Positions 1 through 11,669 of a stretch of DNA of 42,990 nt are shown piece after piece (positions within the stretch are counted from its first letter, which is position 1; each line of letters starts with the position of its first letter). A program made the position numbers and the translations under genes. The notes beneath the pieces are model-generated. The model was not told where the DNA came from. It saw only the letters and a program-made list of their open reading frames with translations, and searched no databases. The stretch covers positions 45,295,418-45,338,407 of the forward strand of contig NC_068983.1 in assembly GCF_001194135.2 (NCBI RefSeq), given 5' to 3'. The DNA is from Octopus bimaculoides (Eukaryota).

Positions 1-56
<56 letters not shown>
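1..56. repeat. (CA)n microsatellite
   Basis: Pure AC dinucleotide run from the window start. Confidence 0.99.
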
Positions 57-59
<3 letters not shown>

Positions 60-119
60 AACACGAATTTATCAGCTGTCAGTCGGCGCGACTATGATTG
101 TTCATGGCGTTGCCATGAT

Positions 120-415
120 TTGATAAAATTTCTCCATACTGGTCGGTTTTTCGCTTGAATTTGCCAATTATTATGATCAATTCCTTTTCACTTCATATTT
201 CTTTCTACAGTATGCTTGGAACTCAGACTCTTCCGTCAATGGTTTCATTTCCCCTTGCATCATTGGGAGTAAAGGAGCTGCCTGGGGAGTCTGCTATTTT
301 CCATCCTGTGAACGTGTCCCCATCAACTTAAATTTTTGCCAATGGCGATTTCCACCATAGTAAGCAGAGCAGCATGCCGGAGAATCTCTTCATTCGTGAT
401 CTGTTAAAAGAAAGT
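120..415 (-). mobile_element. RTE-clade LINE 3' fragment (post-RT C-terminus), decayed
   Basis: Minus-strand translation QITNEEILRHAALLTMVEIAIGKNLS*WGHVHRMENSRLPRQLLYSQ matches the RTE C-terminal pattern ITNEEVL...LRWxGHVxRMxxxRxPKQLLY; several in-frame stops. Confidence 0.8.
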
Positions 416-444
416 GATACATATTCATGTGTATACGTATTCAT

Positions 445-690
445 AGCCTACTAGTTAAGGGTACTCAAGATTGTAAGATCGTGATTTCGATTCCTTGACC
501 GGGCGGTGCAGTCTATTCCAGACTAAAACACCACATTTCTCGTTGTTCCCTGATCACTTCGATATCTGACGTGTAGCACACCGCGCACCTGTACAGCCAA
601 TGTCAGTTTTATGGAAGGAATGAGCTAATATGCAGCACAGACATTTGTAATCAGTATAAAAACATCATCCCTACAGGTTGTCCAGCAACT
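445..690 (+). mobile_element. tRNA-headed SINE, family C
   Basis: Degenerate B-box-like TTTCGATTCC near 490-499. The body (GCACCTGTACAG..AATGTC..ATGGA.GGA.TGAGCT) recurs at about 26330-26430. Confidence 0.6.
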
Positions 691-876
691 ATTCGCTGAA
701 CTCTCATTTGTGATTTACGACAATAGAGCCCCCACATGTACACTCATACGCGCATACACATATAATAAATATGGAGGTGGGAAATGTCGAAGGGCAGCGC
801 ACGACATACTAAACACATAACATACATAACATACATAGTCTTAAAAGTCGAACCCAGATTATCTAATCAGTTAGAA

Positions 877-3081
877 GTCTGATGGAGTTCAAGGCTACTG
901 GATCAAAAGATTTTGTGAATGTCATGCACGAATAGCTGCGCAGCTCAACACCTTGTTAAACGCCGACCAAGCAACACCAGAGTGGTTGACAATGGGTAAG
1001 ACAGTGCTGTGCCCGAAAAATATCGATAAAGGCAATACGGTAGACAATTACAGGCCGATATCCTGTTTGCCACTTATATGGAAGTTATTGACTGGAATAT
1101 TCGCAGTCAATGTACGAACATCTGGAAAAAAATGAAATTCTGCCACATGAGCAGAAAGGTTGCAAGCGTAAGTCCAGAAGTACCAAGGATCAACTCCTGG
1201 TAGATAAAACTGTACTCAGAGACTGCAGGAGGAGGAAAAGTAACTGAGCTATGTCATGGAACGAGTATCGTAAGGCGTATGATATGATCCCACATTCTTG
1301 GATTATGGAGTATATGAACCGATTTTGGATTGAATCGAATGTTGAGCGATTGCTTGGAAAAAGTATGGCGAATTGAAGGACGGACCTGACAGAATACGTA
1401 AGAAGTTTAGGGACAATAGAAATTAGGAGGGGCAGCTTCCAAGGGGACGACCTGTCCCCACTGATCTTTGTACTGTGCTTGATATCACTAACACTGATTC
1501 TGAGGAAAGCAAAAGCTGGGTATGTATTCAAAAGCCGTCAACAAAAAGTCAACCATTTGTTATTCATCGATGACCTCAAACTTTATGGTAAAGATGAAGC
1601 CCAAGTGAGTTTCCTCGTTGATACGGTGTATACCTTCAGTGCTGATATCAGAATGGTGTTCGGACTGAGAAAGTGCAGTATGTTAGTCTTGAAGAGAGGC
1701 AAAATCAAATGTATCGACGGGCTAACGATACCGTCGGGGGAGGTTATGAAGCAGATAGAAGAGTCAGGCTATAAGTACTTGGGGATACTGAAAATGAATA
1801 AATTGATGGAGAAAGAAATGACAGAAAAAAATTAAGTTGGCGTACTTGCGCAGACTGAGACTGATCCTTAAGTCGAAATTAAATGGACGGAATAAGATCG
1901 AAGCTATCAACACCTAGGTGATTTCACTCCTTAGATATGGAGCAAGGGTAATCGCATGGACAGTAGACGAACTAAACACCTTAGACAGAAAGACAAGGAA
2001 GTTGCTAACTAGATATGGGTCACGCCACTCAAAAAGTGGCACAGACAGACCGTATGTACAAAGAAAAAGAAGGGGAAGAGGATTTATTGGATGTGAACAC
2101 AGCATTAGAGCAGAAGAAAACAACATAGCATGTATGTAAAAAATGCCACAAAACCGCTATTATTGGAAGTAGGAAAGTCAGGCTTGTGTAGGATGAAAGA
2201 TTGCAAAGATAAAGCACTATACAAAGAATTGGAAACGAATGAAACTGAAAATAGGTGGGTAAAGAAAATAATGCATGGACAATTTCATAGGGATGTTGAA
2301 TATAAGACAGACAGAGAAAAAGGATGGTTATGGATGACTAAAAGGGATTTAAAACAGGAAACTGAGGCTCTAATCTGTGCTGCCCAAGAGCAAGCATTAA
2401 GAACAAACTACATAAAATACAGAATTTATAACACAGCAAAAAGTGATAAGTGTAGAATTTGTGGACAAAACGGTGAAACCGTATGGCATATTACCAGCCA
2501 ATGTACGCCACTAGCCCAGAAGGAACATAAGAGAGGCCACGACAATATAGCCAGGCTTGTCAATTGGAAACTCTGCAACAATATGGACTTGACAGAGCAA
2601 AAAATTGGTACGACCACAAACCTGAAGGCATCGTGGAAAATAGAAATGAAAAGATCCAATGGGATTTTATGATTCAGTGCGACCATGAGATAGAAAATAG
2701 GAAGCCGGACATAGTCTTAACTGAGAAAGAAAACAAACTATGCTGGATCATAGATATAGCATGCCAAGCTGACAACAAGATATGCGATAAGGAAGAAAGA
2801 AAAGTTGAGAGATATGATAGTTTAGCTTGAGAAGTTAAGCAGTTGTGGTCGATTAAAAAGGTGGCAGTAGTACCAATAATTGTCGGAGCCCTGGGAACAG
2901 TGAGCAAAAGGCTCGAGAAGTACATCGAACAAATAGGGGTTGCAATAAGGGTGGAGCACTTGCAGAAAACAAGACTGCTTGGAACCGCTCGAATACTCCG
3001 AAAGGTGCTCAAAAAATAAGAGGTATTTCCTTAGTTCACTGGTAGTACATCTCCAGCGTTAGAAGCTGTGCAAGGGCAATC
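877..3081 (+). mobile_element. R4/Dong-type non-LTR retrotransposon (RT + CCHC + restriction-like endonuclease), 5'-truncated and pseudogenised
   Basis: Collinear motifs across broken frames: [83 protein letters not shown] (C-x2-C-x8-H-x4-C, 2451-2504), RKPDIV and IIDIA (REL), GTARILRKVL with stop at 3017-3019, short 3' UTR, then a (TAA)n tract. Confidence 0.93.
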
Positions 3082-3092
3082 ATAATAATAAC

Positions 3093-3126
<34 letters not shown>

Positions 3127-3132
3127 GCAATA
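3082..3132 (+). repeat. (TAA)n tract between two Dong-like elements
   Basis: ATAATAATAACAATAATAATAAT... directly after the 3' UTR of the first element. Confidence 0.95.
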
Positions 3133-3134
3133 AG

Positions 3135-4300
3135 ATCTTTCAAGTTGAATTAACAAAAAGAACAACACTTCAGTATATAAGAAAGAGCGGAATGCTCCAG
3201 AAATATATTATAACAACAATAAGAATAAAAATAGTTTTATCAAAGAACATCTGGAATAAAAGATTCAAGTTAAATCGCAAAGAATCCATCGGTATGAAAA
3301 GCGACAACAATTCTTTGTACAAAGCAAATATTTTGAGTGCAACCTAAAACGATTTTAACACGAGTTAGGCAAACCTAAAATAGAAACCAATAGAGTTGAG
3401 AAATTCCCTGGATGAATATGAACAGTTATAGAATCGACACAGATGAGATTGCTCAAAACAACAGACACATCATCTGGATGCAAGTAGGATACCATAATAA
3501 CACAAGATGTAGCCCTGAAGTTGTAAAAACAAGCCAAACATTATCACCTGACTGACTTTACAGAAAAACCATCTACTGGCTAAGCCCAAGATAAATACAG
3601 CTAGCCCTAAAAAATAAAGACCCATAACATTGTGCAGGCTAAATATGCCTTAACTGCAACAATATCGTGGATAATAAACATCTGGATCATACAATCTATT
3701 CTTAGAAGAGCAGAAGGGGTGCTGCAAACAAACTAAGTATGGCTGAGAATATCAATTATTGATAAGCAAAATTATAAATGAAGACTGTAGAAGCAAGAAT
3801 ATTCTGAGCACACTGTAGATGGCCAAGAAAATGGCTTTTGATATAGTTCGTTGTACCTGTATCCTTGAAACATTTCCCTTGCCTAAAGTAGCACCAATAA
3901 TAACAAAATATATCGAACATGTTATGAGTAAATGACAAATAGTTTCGCAAATACAGACAAAAAGAAAAGGAATTATAAAAATTACTTGACGAGGAATATT
4001 CCAAAAGACTTTTATTCTGTGCTCATTTTTCTGTCATCACAGATATCTCTAAATGACTTTTTAAACACGAATAGACTCAAATATAAATGCTATGGGAGGT
4101 GAATCAACTATCATTTTTAGATGAAAAGCCAGCCTCAAGATAAACACGTAGAAATATTGTTACATAGAGCACAGGATTATATTAGAGAAAGTAATATAAA
4201 ATTCGATTTAGAAAACATGCCAAACCAACCTCGGAAAGAGAAAGAAATAGAAATAATAAATAAGACTAATATCCTGCTTGATAAAGTATCAGAAATGAGA
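3135..4300 (+). mobile_element. Second, more decayed R4/Dong-type element (pre-RT and RT fragments, internally deleted)
   Basis: KIQVKSQRIHRYEKRQQFFVQSKYFECNLKRF*HELGK (pre-RT region); EEQKGCCKQTKYG*EYQLLISKIINEDCRSKN; KKMAFDIV; EILLHRAQDYIRESNIKFDLENM (compare the MxFGLxKC region). Confidence 0.72.
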
Positions 4301-4334
4301 GAATAAAATGAAACACATGCGTAGAAATATTTAG

Positions 4335-4760
4335 GAACCTGTGGATTCGACAGTGTACAACATGCACAAAGTAGAGATGAGATTGGACACCTTTGACAGT
4401 AAATACATACGTAAAATTCTTGGCATTACATGCTGTGACTTCGTCATTAATCAAGAATCGCGACAATGAACTAACCAATAACATTCGTCTATGTTTGTAA
4501 ACGCCACCTGAGCTGGTTGGGTCACGTTATACGATCTTCAAGTGAAAGACTCACCAATCAAATCCTTCAATGGAAAACCTATTAAAAGAGACGGAGAGGA
4601 CACCCAAAGATAAATTGGTTCCAAGCAATCAACAGGGACATGCAGCTGTTTGGCAGAATATAGAATGTTGCTTTGAGAGAAGCGAAGATTCACGATCGTT
4701 GGTGCACATTGAGTGCCTTATGCGTCTCGAGATTTGAGAACCTCCAAGTCTGAGTTTAGA
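4335..4760 (+). mobile_element. RTE-type LINE 3' fragment
   Basis: RLDTFDSKYIRKILGITCCDFVINQE...HLSWLGHVIRSSSERLTNQILQWKTY*KRRRGHPKINWFQAINRDM. Confidence 0.8.
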
Positions 4761-4906
4761 AAGAAATTATAAAGACGCATCAAATTCATACTTCAGCAAG
4801 AGCAAGAATACAAAACTTAGATTCCAGTCGTATCTAACTGTCCCAGGAATAAGTTAAGACTGAGCAAGGTAGAAGATAGGAAACATTTTCAAAACTGTTG
4901 ATGTTA

Positions 4907-5066
4907 TTGTAGCTATTATTATTGTTGTTGTTATTGTTGTTGTTGTTGTTGTTGTTGTTCTTCTTGTTCTTCTTCTTCTTCTTCTTCTTCTTGTTCTTCT
5001 TCTTCTTCTTCTTCTTCTTCTTCTTCTTCTTTGTCGGCGACGTCATCATCATCATCATCATCATCA

Positions 5067-5109
<43 letters not shown>

Positions 5110-5148
5110 CGTCGTCGTCGTCATCATCATCATCATCATCATCATCAT
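4907..5148. repeat. Compound trinucleotide microsatellite (ATT)-(GTT)-(CTT)-(TCA)-(TCG)-(TCA)
   Basis: Consecutive triplet blocks; explains the poly-amino-acid pseudo-ORFs at 4834-5176. Confidence 0.97.
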
Positions 5149-5437
5149 TCACTGCAGAATGTTTCTTCAATTCTAAGTATTTGCATTAATTATTCATTTT
5201 CAGGAATTATTGCAAACTGGAGTAATTTTAAACATTTTTGGAAATGCCTCGTACTTGAGGTTTAACCAGGTCTGTTTCTAAAAAGATTTTAAAAAATTAT
5301 TCTGCTTTCTATCTGCAAGAAAACAAATGGTGTCTCATTTATCGAAATCCTCTCCAGAAGGCATAATACAGAACAAGACAGAACAGCTGCCGTGCAAAAC
5401 TAACAAATTTAAAAGATTATTAATAAACAAAACTAAA

Positions 5438-5600
5438 GGAGGTTTCCATAGAGTCTGGAGAAATTTTTATCTGAAATACCAGGTGAACTTACATCGCGGC
5501 GAAACTACAAAGAAAAGCAGGTCTGTCCAATCGCTTACTTCACCGAAAACAGTACAGAAAAGAAGTTCAAACACTAATAGGTTCCAGCATGGTTCAAGCC
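5438..5600 (+). repeat. 163-bp exact direct duplication of 5978-6140
   Basis: Identical base for base to 5978-6140, offset exactly 540 bp. Confidence 0.97.
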
Positions 5601-5614
5601 ACAAAAAAAAAACA

Positions 5615-6140
5615 TAGCTTAAACAGATAACAGGTTTAACAACTACAACTGTGGTCACCGTAGAGCGTTAAACAAGTGCTTGAGGTTATCCAGCTCCACA
5701 ACACAAAGAGCATTGACTCAGTTAAACAGATGAGCTACTGCTGGGGAGGGGGAGGGTAAAGAAACTAAAGCTCTACTTCCTAAAGATGTGTGAAAGATAT
5801 GCAGTGATATACACATGTAAGATACTTCGGGATTGAAAGCTATACCAACCACCGAACTGGACGGTACTGCATAATTCCAAAGACGCCGTCTTCTTCATCT
5901 TGGATAAGGACCCTGTGCTGCAACAGCTTAGGTTTCAAGGGTCCATAACTATTCAATATTCTGCAAAGTGAAGACGTGGAGGTTTCCATAGAGTCTGGAG
6001 AAATTTTTATCTGAAATACCAGGTGAACTTACATCGCGGCGAAACTACAAAGAAAAGCAGGTCTGTCCAATCGCTTACTTCACCGAAAACAGTACAGAAA
6101 AGAAGTTCAAACACTAATAGGTTCCAGCATGGTTCAAGCC
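5615..6140 (+). mobile_element. CR1/L2-type LINE 3' fragment, decayed
   Basis: QLWSP*SVKQVLEVIQ...KKLKLYFLKMCERYAVIYTCKIL...RTGRYCIIPKTPSSSSWIRTLCCNSLGFKGP*LFNIL...SLEKFLSEIP; same domain as the 11632-12414 ORF. Confidence 0.75.
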
Positions 6141-6559
6141 TCTTGCTGAAACCAGTACAAACAGAAAAGAACAACAACAACAATAACTGCAACAACAGCA
6201 AAAGCCAGAACAACAGTAGCAATAACAACACATGAATGTACGAAAATATGAGAAGCAATAACTTAGGCAATTGAGTTATAGAAACATGTAAAGCAAGGAA
6301 ATGGAATATTTTTGTTGAAAAAATGTAAAGCTTGGCAGCACCTTGTCCTTAGTACAGGTGCCAACCAATCACGTTTCGTCAGAGAGGCGCACGAGAGGAG
6401 TCCTTTCTTCTTTCATTGAAGGAAAATTTGGTGATAACCTTGGCAGACACGTTACGTGAAATCTATTTTATGGGAAGATAGAGTGCGCACATAGAATTAT
6501 ATTTATCATCATTAAAACTGAGAACAAGACCATGTCATTTAGAAATAATACAAAAGTAT

Positions 6560-6850
6560 ACGACGACGAAAGTTTCAGTTGATCCTGCTCGTAAAATGAA
6601 CGTGCTAGTGCCTGAGCACTTCACAAACACGCGCATCCTTAACGTATTCCTCAAAGCGATTCAGCGTGACACGGAATGCGACGAAGCTGGCCCTTTCGAA
6701 TATAGGTACAAGTCATTTTTACCAGTTGAATGAACTGGCGCAATGTGAAATAAAGTGTCTTCCTCAAAGACACAACACGCAACTGGGTATCGAACTCATT
6801 ACCTTACGACTATGAGCTGTATACGGTAACCACTTGACCACATGCCTTCC
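6560..6850 (-). mobile_element. tRNA-headed SINE, family B
   Basis: Alignable by eye to 26947-27320 and 33570-33900 (AAATTAACGTG, ATTCAGCGTGAC, ATCGAA.C head). Confidence 0.8.
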
Positions 6851-8006
6851 TATAAAATGTCCCACAATTTGGGAGAAGAATAAACGCAAAGGTAACTGTT
6901 AGGAATATCGGTGATGACTTCAAGTTGTGGATCGTAGTTCTTTTGTAGCACAAACTGAGCAGCCGTTCAATACAATACTGATATCAAATCGGTGATATGT
7001 TGCTGATAGGGATTACCTTAGTTATACATCTCCTCATGATTCCGTTCAACATAAAAACAATACGTAAACTAAATACTGCAGAGGGTACCTAGAAGAAATC
7101 CTTAAATCTTAGTATCCGAGATGGAAAACCCTGTATCTACAAATTGATAGTAAAAAGAACATTAAGGGTATTATTGTGTCCAAAATACCTGAAAAGCAAA
7201 CGCAATATGAATAAATTATGGAACTTGATGGTCTTAAGGCTTCGCCGGGTACAAATCTGAAATCTGAAATCGTCAAAAGAATTGCCCTTTTAGCTTCAAG
7301 TGGCAGAGACAATGGGAGATTGGAGTTACCCACAGCAATAGCAACACCAGCAAGGGCTAAACGTCCACGAAGCACCTACTCACAGCAAAATCACTCCAGT
7401 CATTTATGGTGATGGGGAATAATGCAGAGACCGAAGAAGGGAAGCAGACTAGTTTTCAAGAATAATGAAAATGACCCAATGAAAACAATCAAAAGATGCA
7501 ATAAAATAATACGAGGGCTACACGCTCTCTGCAGGGGAACCAGTCTTTTACTGGCATGATATGAAACTCATAACCCTTTGCAAAACTAACAAAGGGGTAA
7601 TAAGACACTTATACGAAATACACCAAGAATTTCCATTCAAGTAAGAAGAGCAAACGAAATTGAATCACCTTTCAAACAGCTAAATATCAAAAAACAAAAA
7701 CTACCGAAAAAACAATACAAAACAAACAGTATTAATAAGGATTTCCGACTGACGTTACGAAATGTTATATGTCATATATCCACGGGGTGTAGGCCCTCGG
7801 TTTTACTTACAGAAACCTAAGGGTTCCTCAAAGAAGATTTTTGAATCACCAGTTAAATTATTATACAGGAAGAAGCAGAGGGGTTGCTTATTCAGAAACG
7901 TAGCTTATCCTAATCAGCTCTTGCGGACGTATAAATTTACACGCAGAGCCTTACACAGCCACAACAGTCACACAAAGCCACACACAACCACACACACACA
8001 CACGCG

Positions 8007-8066
<60 letters not shown>

Positions 8067-8072
8067 CACACA

Positions 8073-8658
8073 NNNNNNNNNNNNNNNNNNNNNNNNNNNN
8101 NNNNNNNNNNNNNNNNNNNNNNNNNNNNNNNNNNNNNNNNNNNNNNNNNNNNNNNNNNNNNNNNNNNNNNNNNNNNNNNNNNNNNNNNNNNNNNNNNNNN
8201 NNNNNNNNNNNNNNNNNNNNNNNNNNNNNNNNNNNNNNNNNNNNNNNNNNNNNNNNNNNNNNNNNNNNNNNNNNNNNNNNNNNNNNNNNNNNNNNNNNNN
8301 NNNNNNNNNNNNNNNNNNNNNNNNNNNNNNNNNNNNNNNNNNNNNNNNNNNNNNNNNNNNNNNNNNNNNNNNNNNNNNNNNNNNNNNNNNNNNNNNNNNN
8401 NNNNNNNNNNNNNNNNNNNNNNNNNNNNNNNNNNNNNNNNNNNNNNNNNNNNNNNNNNNNNNNNNNNNNNNNNNNNNNNNNNNNNNNNNNNNNNNNNNNN
8501 NNNNNNNNNNNNNNNNNNNNNNNNNNNNNNNNNNNNNNNNNNNNNNNNNNNNNNNNNNNNNNNNNNNNNNNNNNNNNNNNNNNNNNNNNNNNNNNNNNNN
8601 NNNNNNNNNNNNNNNNNNNNNNNNNNNNNNNNNNNNNNNNNNNNNNNNNNNNNNNNNN
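8073..8658. other. Assembly gap (other gaps: 9667-10064, 11065-11164, 24590-24599, 25179-26003, 40560-40569)
   Basis: N runs; most abut (CA)n, (TA)n or (CATA)n tracts. Confidence 0.99.
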
Positions 8659-9244
8659 GCTGCCATCACCGCCGCCACCCCACCTCCACCGTCACCACCA
8701 TTCACAACAACAGCAACAACACCACGTTGAGAAATAGCCGTAAGAGGAACAACAGCAGGTGCACAAGTACTTGCTTACGATTATGCACAAGGCCAAAAGG
8801 AAGTTGCTATGTTGTTTTTACTTTCTTCACATTTTCTTATTAATGCTGATGTTGATGTAGTTATCTAGATGTGTGACCCTATCTGAAAAAAACAAAAAAA
8901 ACAGTAATAAAACCAAAATACCACGTCTAAGAATTTAGTATGCGGGCAATGACATGCTGATTTTATGAGGCTCTTAACATAGTCTAAAATAACTGAAGGG
9001 CAACTCTAATAGATAATAATGCGAAGCTGTTATCATATTGTTCCTGACTGTATTTTAAGTGTGGGCAACTATGTGTATCACACCAGTGTGTTTGTGAATG
9101 TGTGTCAGAAGTTTATCAGCTCCATGGCATTTTGTGTATGAGACAAACTCGGTGCTTGAGTATTGTGCAGTATATTTATGGACATCGCAAGTTGTTTCTT
9201 AATGTCAAACCGTTCATAGGTAGGTATGAGTATCTCTTTTACTC

Positions 9245-9330
9245 TTCTACTTGTTTCAGTCATTTTGACTGCGGCCATGCTGGAGCACCGCCTTTAGTCG
9301 AGCAAATCGACCCCAGGACTTATTCCTCTG
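9245..9330 (-). mobile_element. SINE family A, 3' end only
   Basis: GTTTCAGTCATTTTGACTGCGGCCATGCTGGAGCACCGCC...CCAGGACTTATTC, near-identical to 9455-9532. Confidence 0.85.
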
Positions 9331-9449
9331 GCCCCTGATAGTAAAATGCTTAAACATTTTTTGTATTAATCCATTAGAGCCCAAATTGTTTTTATTTAAT
9401 TTATTACCAACATTTTTTTTATACAACTTAATCTGATACTAAATACTCT

Positions 9450-9666
9450 CTTTTATTTGTTTCAGTCATTTTGACTGCGGCCATGCTGGAGCACCGCCTT
9501 TAGTCGAGCGAATCGATCCCAGGACTTATTCTTTGTAAGCCTAGTACTTATTCTATCGTCTCTTTTTGCCGAACCGCTAAGTTACGGGGCCGTAAGCACA
9601 CCAGCATCGGTTGTCAAACGATGTTGGGGGGACAAACACAGACACACACACACACACACACACACA
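9450..9666 (-). mobile_element. SINE family A, 3' half running into its internal microsatellite and a gap
   Basis: Reverse complement matches 21725-21920. Confidence 0.88.
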
Positions 9667-10439
9667 NNNNNNNNNNNNNNNNNNNNNNNNNNNNNNNNNN
9701 NNNNNNNNNNNNNNNNNNNNNNNNNNNNNNNNNNNNNNNNNNNNNNNNNNNNNNNNNNNNNNNNNNNNNNNNNNNNNNNNNNNNNNNNNNNNNNNNNNNN
9801 NNNNNNNNNNNNNNNNNNNNNNNNNNNNNNNNNNNNNNNNNNNNNNNNNNNNNNNNNNNNNNNNNNNNNNNNNNNNNNNNNNNNNNNNNNNNNNNNNNNN
9901 NNNNNNNNNNNNNNNNNNNNNNNNNNNNNNNNNNNNNNNNNNNNNNNNNNNNNNNNNNNNNNNNNNNNNNNNNNNNNNNNNNNNNNNNNNNNNNNNNNNN
10001 NNNNNNNNNNNNNNNNNNNNNNNNNNNNNNNNNNNNNNNNNNNNNNNNNNNNNNNNNNNNNNNNCATACATACATACATACATACTTATGTACATAGATG
10101 CACACATAGATGCATACATACATACGTACATACATACATACATATATACATACATAAGTATGAGAAACGAACTAAATAGTAATAAACACAGCCCATTCCC
10201 AGAAAGGTCTAAAATCACTCCCAAGATCAGTGAGGAAAATGAATATTTTAATCAAAATTCAACATGCAAAGACAATAAATCAAAAATACTTAGTCAGCAT
10301 CCATAGTAAAATCTTTACGATCAACGTTTAAAGTTTCGCAAAAGCTGTTAGAGTGGTAAGAGTGTTGAGTAGCAGTTGTGTAGCGGTTGAGTAGAGATCA
10401 TCCGAAGGTGCTAGATAGCAGTAGCTTGAGACATAACAT

Positions 10440-10950
10440 TTATATATTACAAAGAACTATGGCAAACCAGATTGACTTACCGAACTGGCTTGCCACAGGA
10501 CCAAAAAAAAAAAAAAACTCGTAAGCAAGAATAAAATTAACAGTTTGGCAAATAATTGTAGGCCTATATCTTGCTTTGACATAATGTGAAAACTGCACAA
10601 AAGATGTCTGAATCAAACCCTTCAAAACCATTGCAAGTTTAATGATATAATCACTGATGAGCTGGTTCGTGGAAAGAAAACCGCGTTTAGAAGCGCTGAG
10701 AGATTGCAAAAATACCTGAGAAGTCTTGTGTCATTTTGGCTTGATGAGAAAGCCATTTGAATCTATTCCCCACTCATGGCTACTAATGTCCCAATAGCTG
10801 CGAAAACAACTGCTGCCTTAGTTACTACCATTGTAAAGATTTTGAAAACCTTGTCTACAATCCTCACACTTGTAACTAAAAGTGGATTGCTCGTCTTTAA
10901 TATTATAAGTACTTCAGAGTGAATATTTCAATGTGACATTCAATATGCCT
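10440..10950 (+). mobile_element. Third R4/Dong-type RT fragment, decayed
   Basis: QIDLPNWLATG...NNCRPISCFDIM*KLHKRCLNQTLQNHCKFNDIITDE...SLVSFWLD..KPFESIPHSWL...IFQCD (RT motifs in the correct order). Confidence 0.72.
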
Positions 10951-11009
10951 TTCTCTTTATTTTGGTTCTGAATCCATTCTCAATTATTTCACGAATATCA
11001 ACCTATTTT

Positions 11010-11064
11010 GTGTGTGTTGGCACTCCGTCGCTTACGACGTTGAGGGTTCCAGTTGATACGATCA
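11010..11064 (-). mobile_element. SINE family B 3' end, cut by a gap
   Basis: TGTTGGCACTCCGTCGCTTACGACG.TGAGGGTTCCAGTTGAT matches 26950 onward. Confidence 0.85.
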
Positions 11065-11164
11065 NNNNNNNNNNNNNNNNNNNNNNNNNNNNNNNNNNNN
11101 NNNNNNNNNNNNNNNNNNNNNNNNNNNNNNNNNNNNNNNNNNNNNNNNNNNNNNNNNNNNNNNN

Positions 11165-11197
<33 letters not shown>

Positions 11198-11389
11198 TGT
11201 ATCTATACATATATGTATATAAATATATACATGTATATACTTGTAATCATTAATTAAATATATTCTGTTAGAATATTATACATTGAATTTATAATGAGTT
11301 CTCTGTATAAAACGTCAAAAATATTAACACTATAAATTATTTAGAGATTAATACGAGCGATTATATATACTGTATTTTGAAATAATACC

Positions 11390-11587
11390 ATGAAATTCAA
11401 TATAAAAAAAAATTCCTCACGAAGATATATATGTCTAAAATAGCATTGTATTAAAATTACATGTAAATATATGAAACATGACAGTTTAAAAATTTGTCAT
11501 GTTTCATATATTTACATATATTTTTAATACAATACTATTTCAGACATATATATCTTCGTGAGGAATTTTTTTGATATTGAATTTCAT
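11390..11587. repeat. AT-rich fold-back palindrome, ~94-bp arms, 11-nt spacer
   Basis: 11390-11483 is the reverse complement of 11495-11587 with about 5-6 differences. Confidence 0.95.
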
Positions 11588-11669
11588 TTATATGTTTATA
11601 TATATATGTTTAGATATATACATATATATATATGTATATACATATATATTTATTTGATTTGCTCCACTT

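Noticed and set aside
4834-5176. Poly-D/E/Q or poly-M/T/K/N ORFs
   Set aside because: Translations of a triplet microsatellite with no non-repetitive coding context.
7200-7600. Possible APE endonuclease relic of an RTE element (KSEIVKRIALL...)
   Set aside because: No GDFN or SDH motif recovered; similarity too weak to call without a profile search.
7762-8730. Long ORFs spanning N gaps (also 9577-10306, 10962-11253, 24836-26302)
   Set aside because: Their length comes from N runs and flanking microsatellites.
10654-10690. CTGATGA...GAAA hammerhead-like text
   Set aside because: No stem II closing pair; it lies in the coding ITDE segment of a Dong-like RT fragment.
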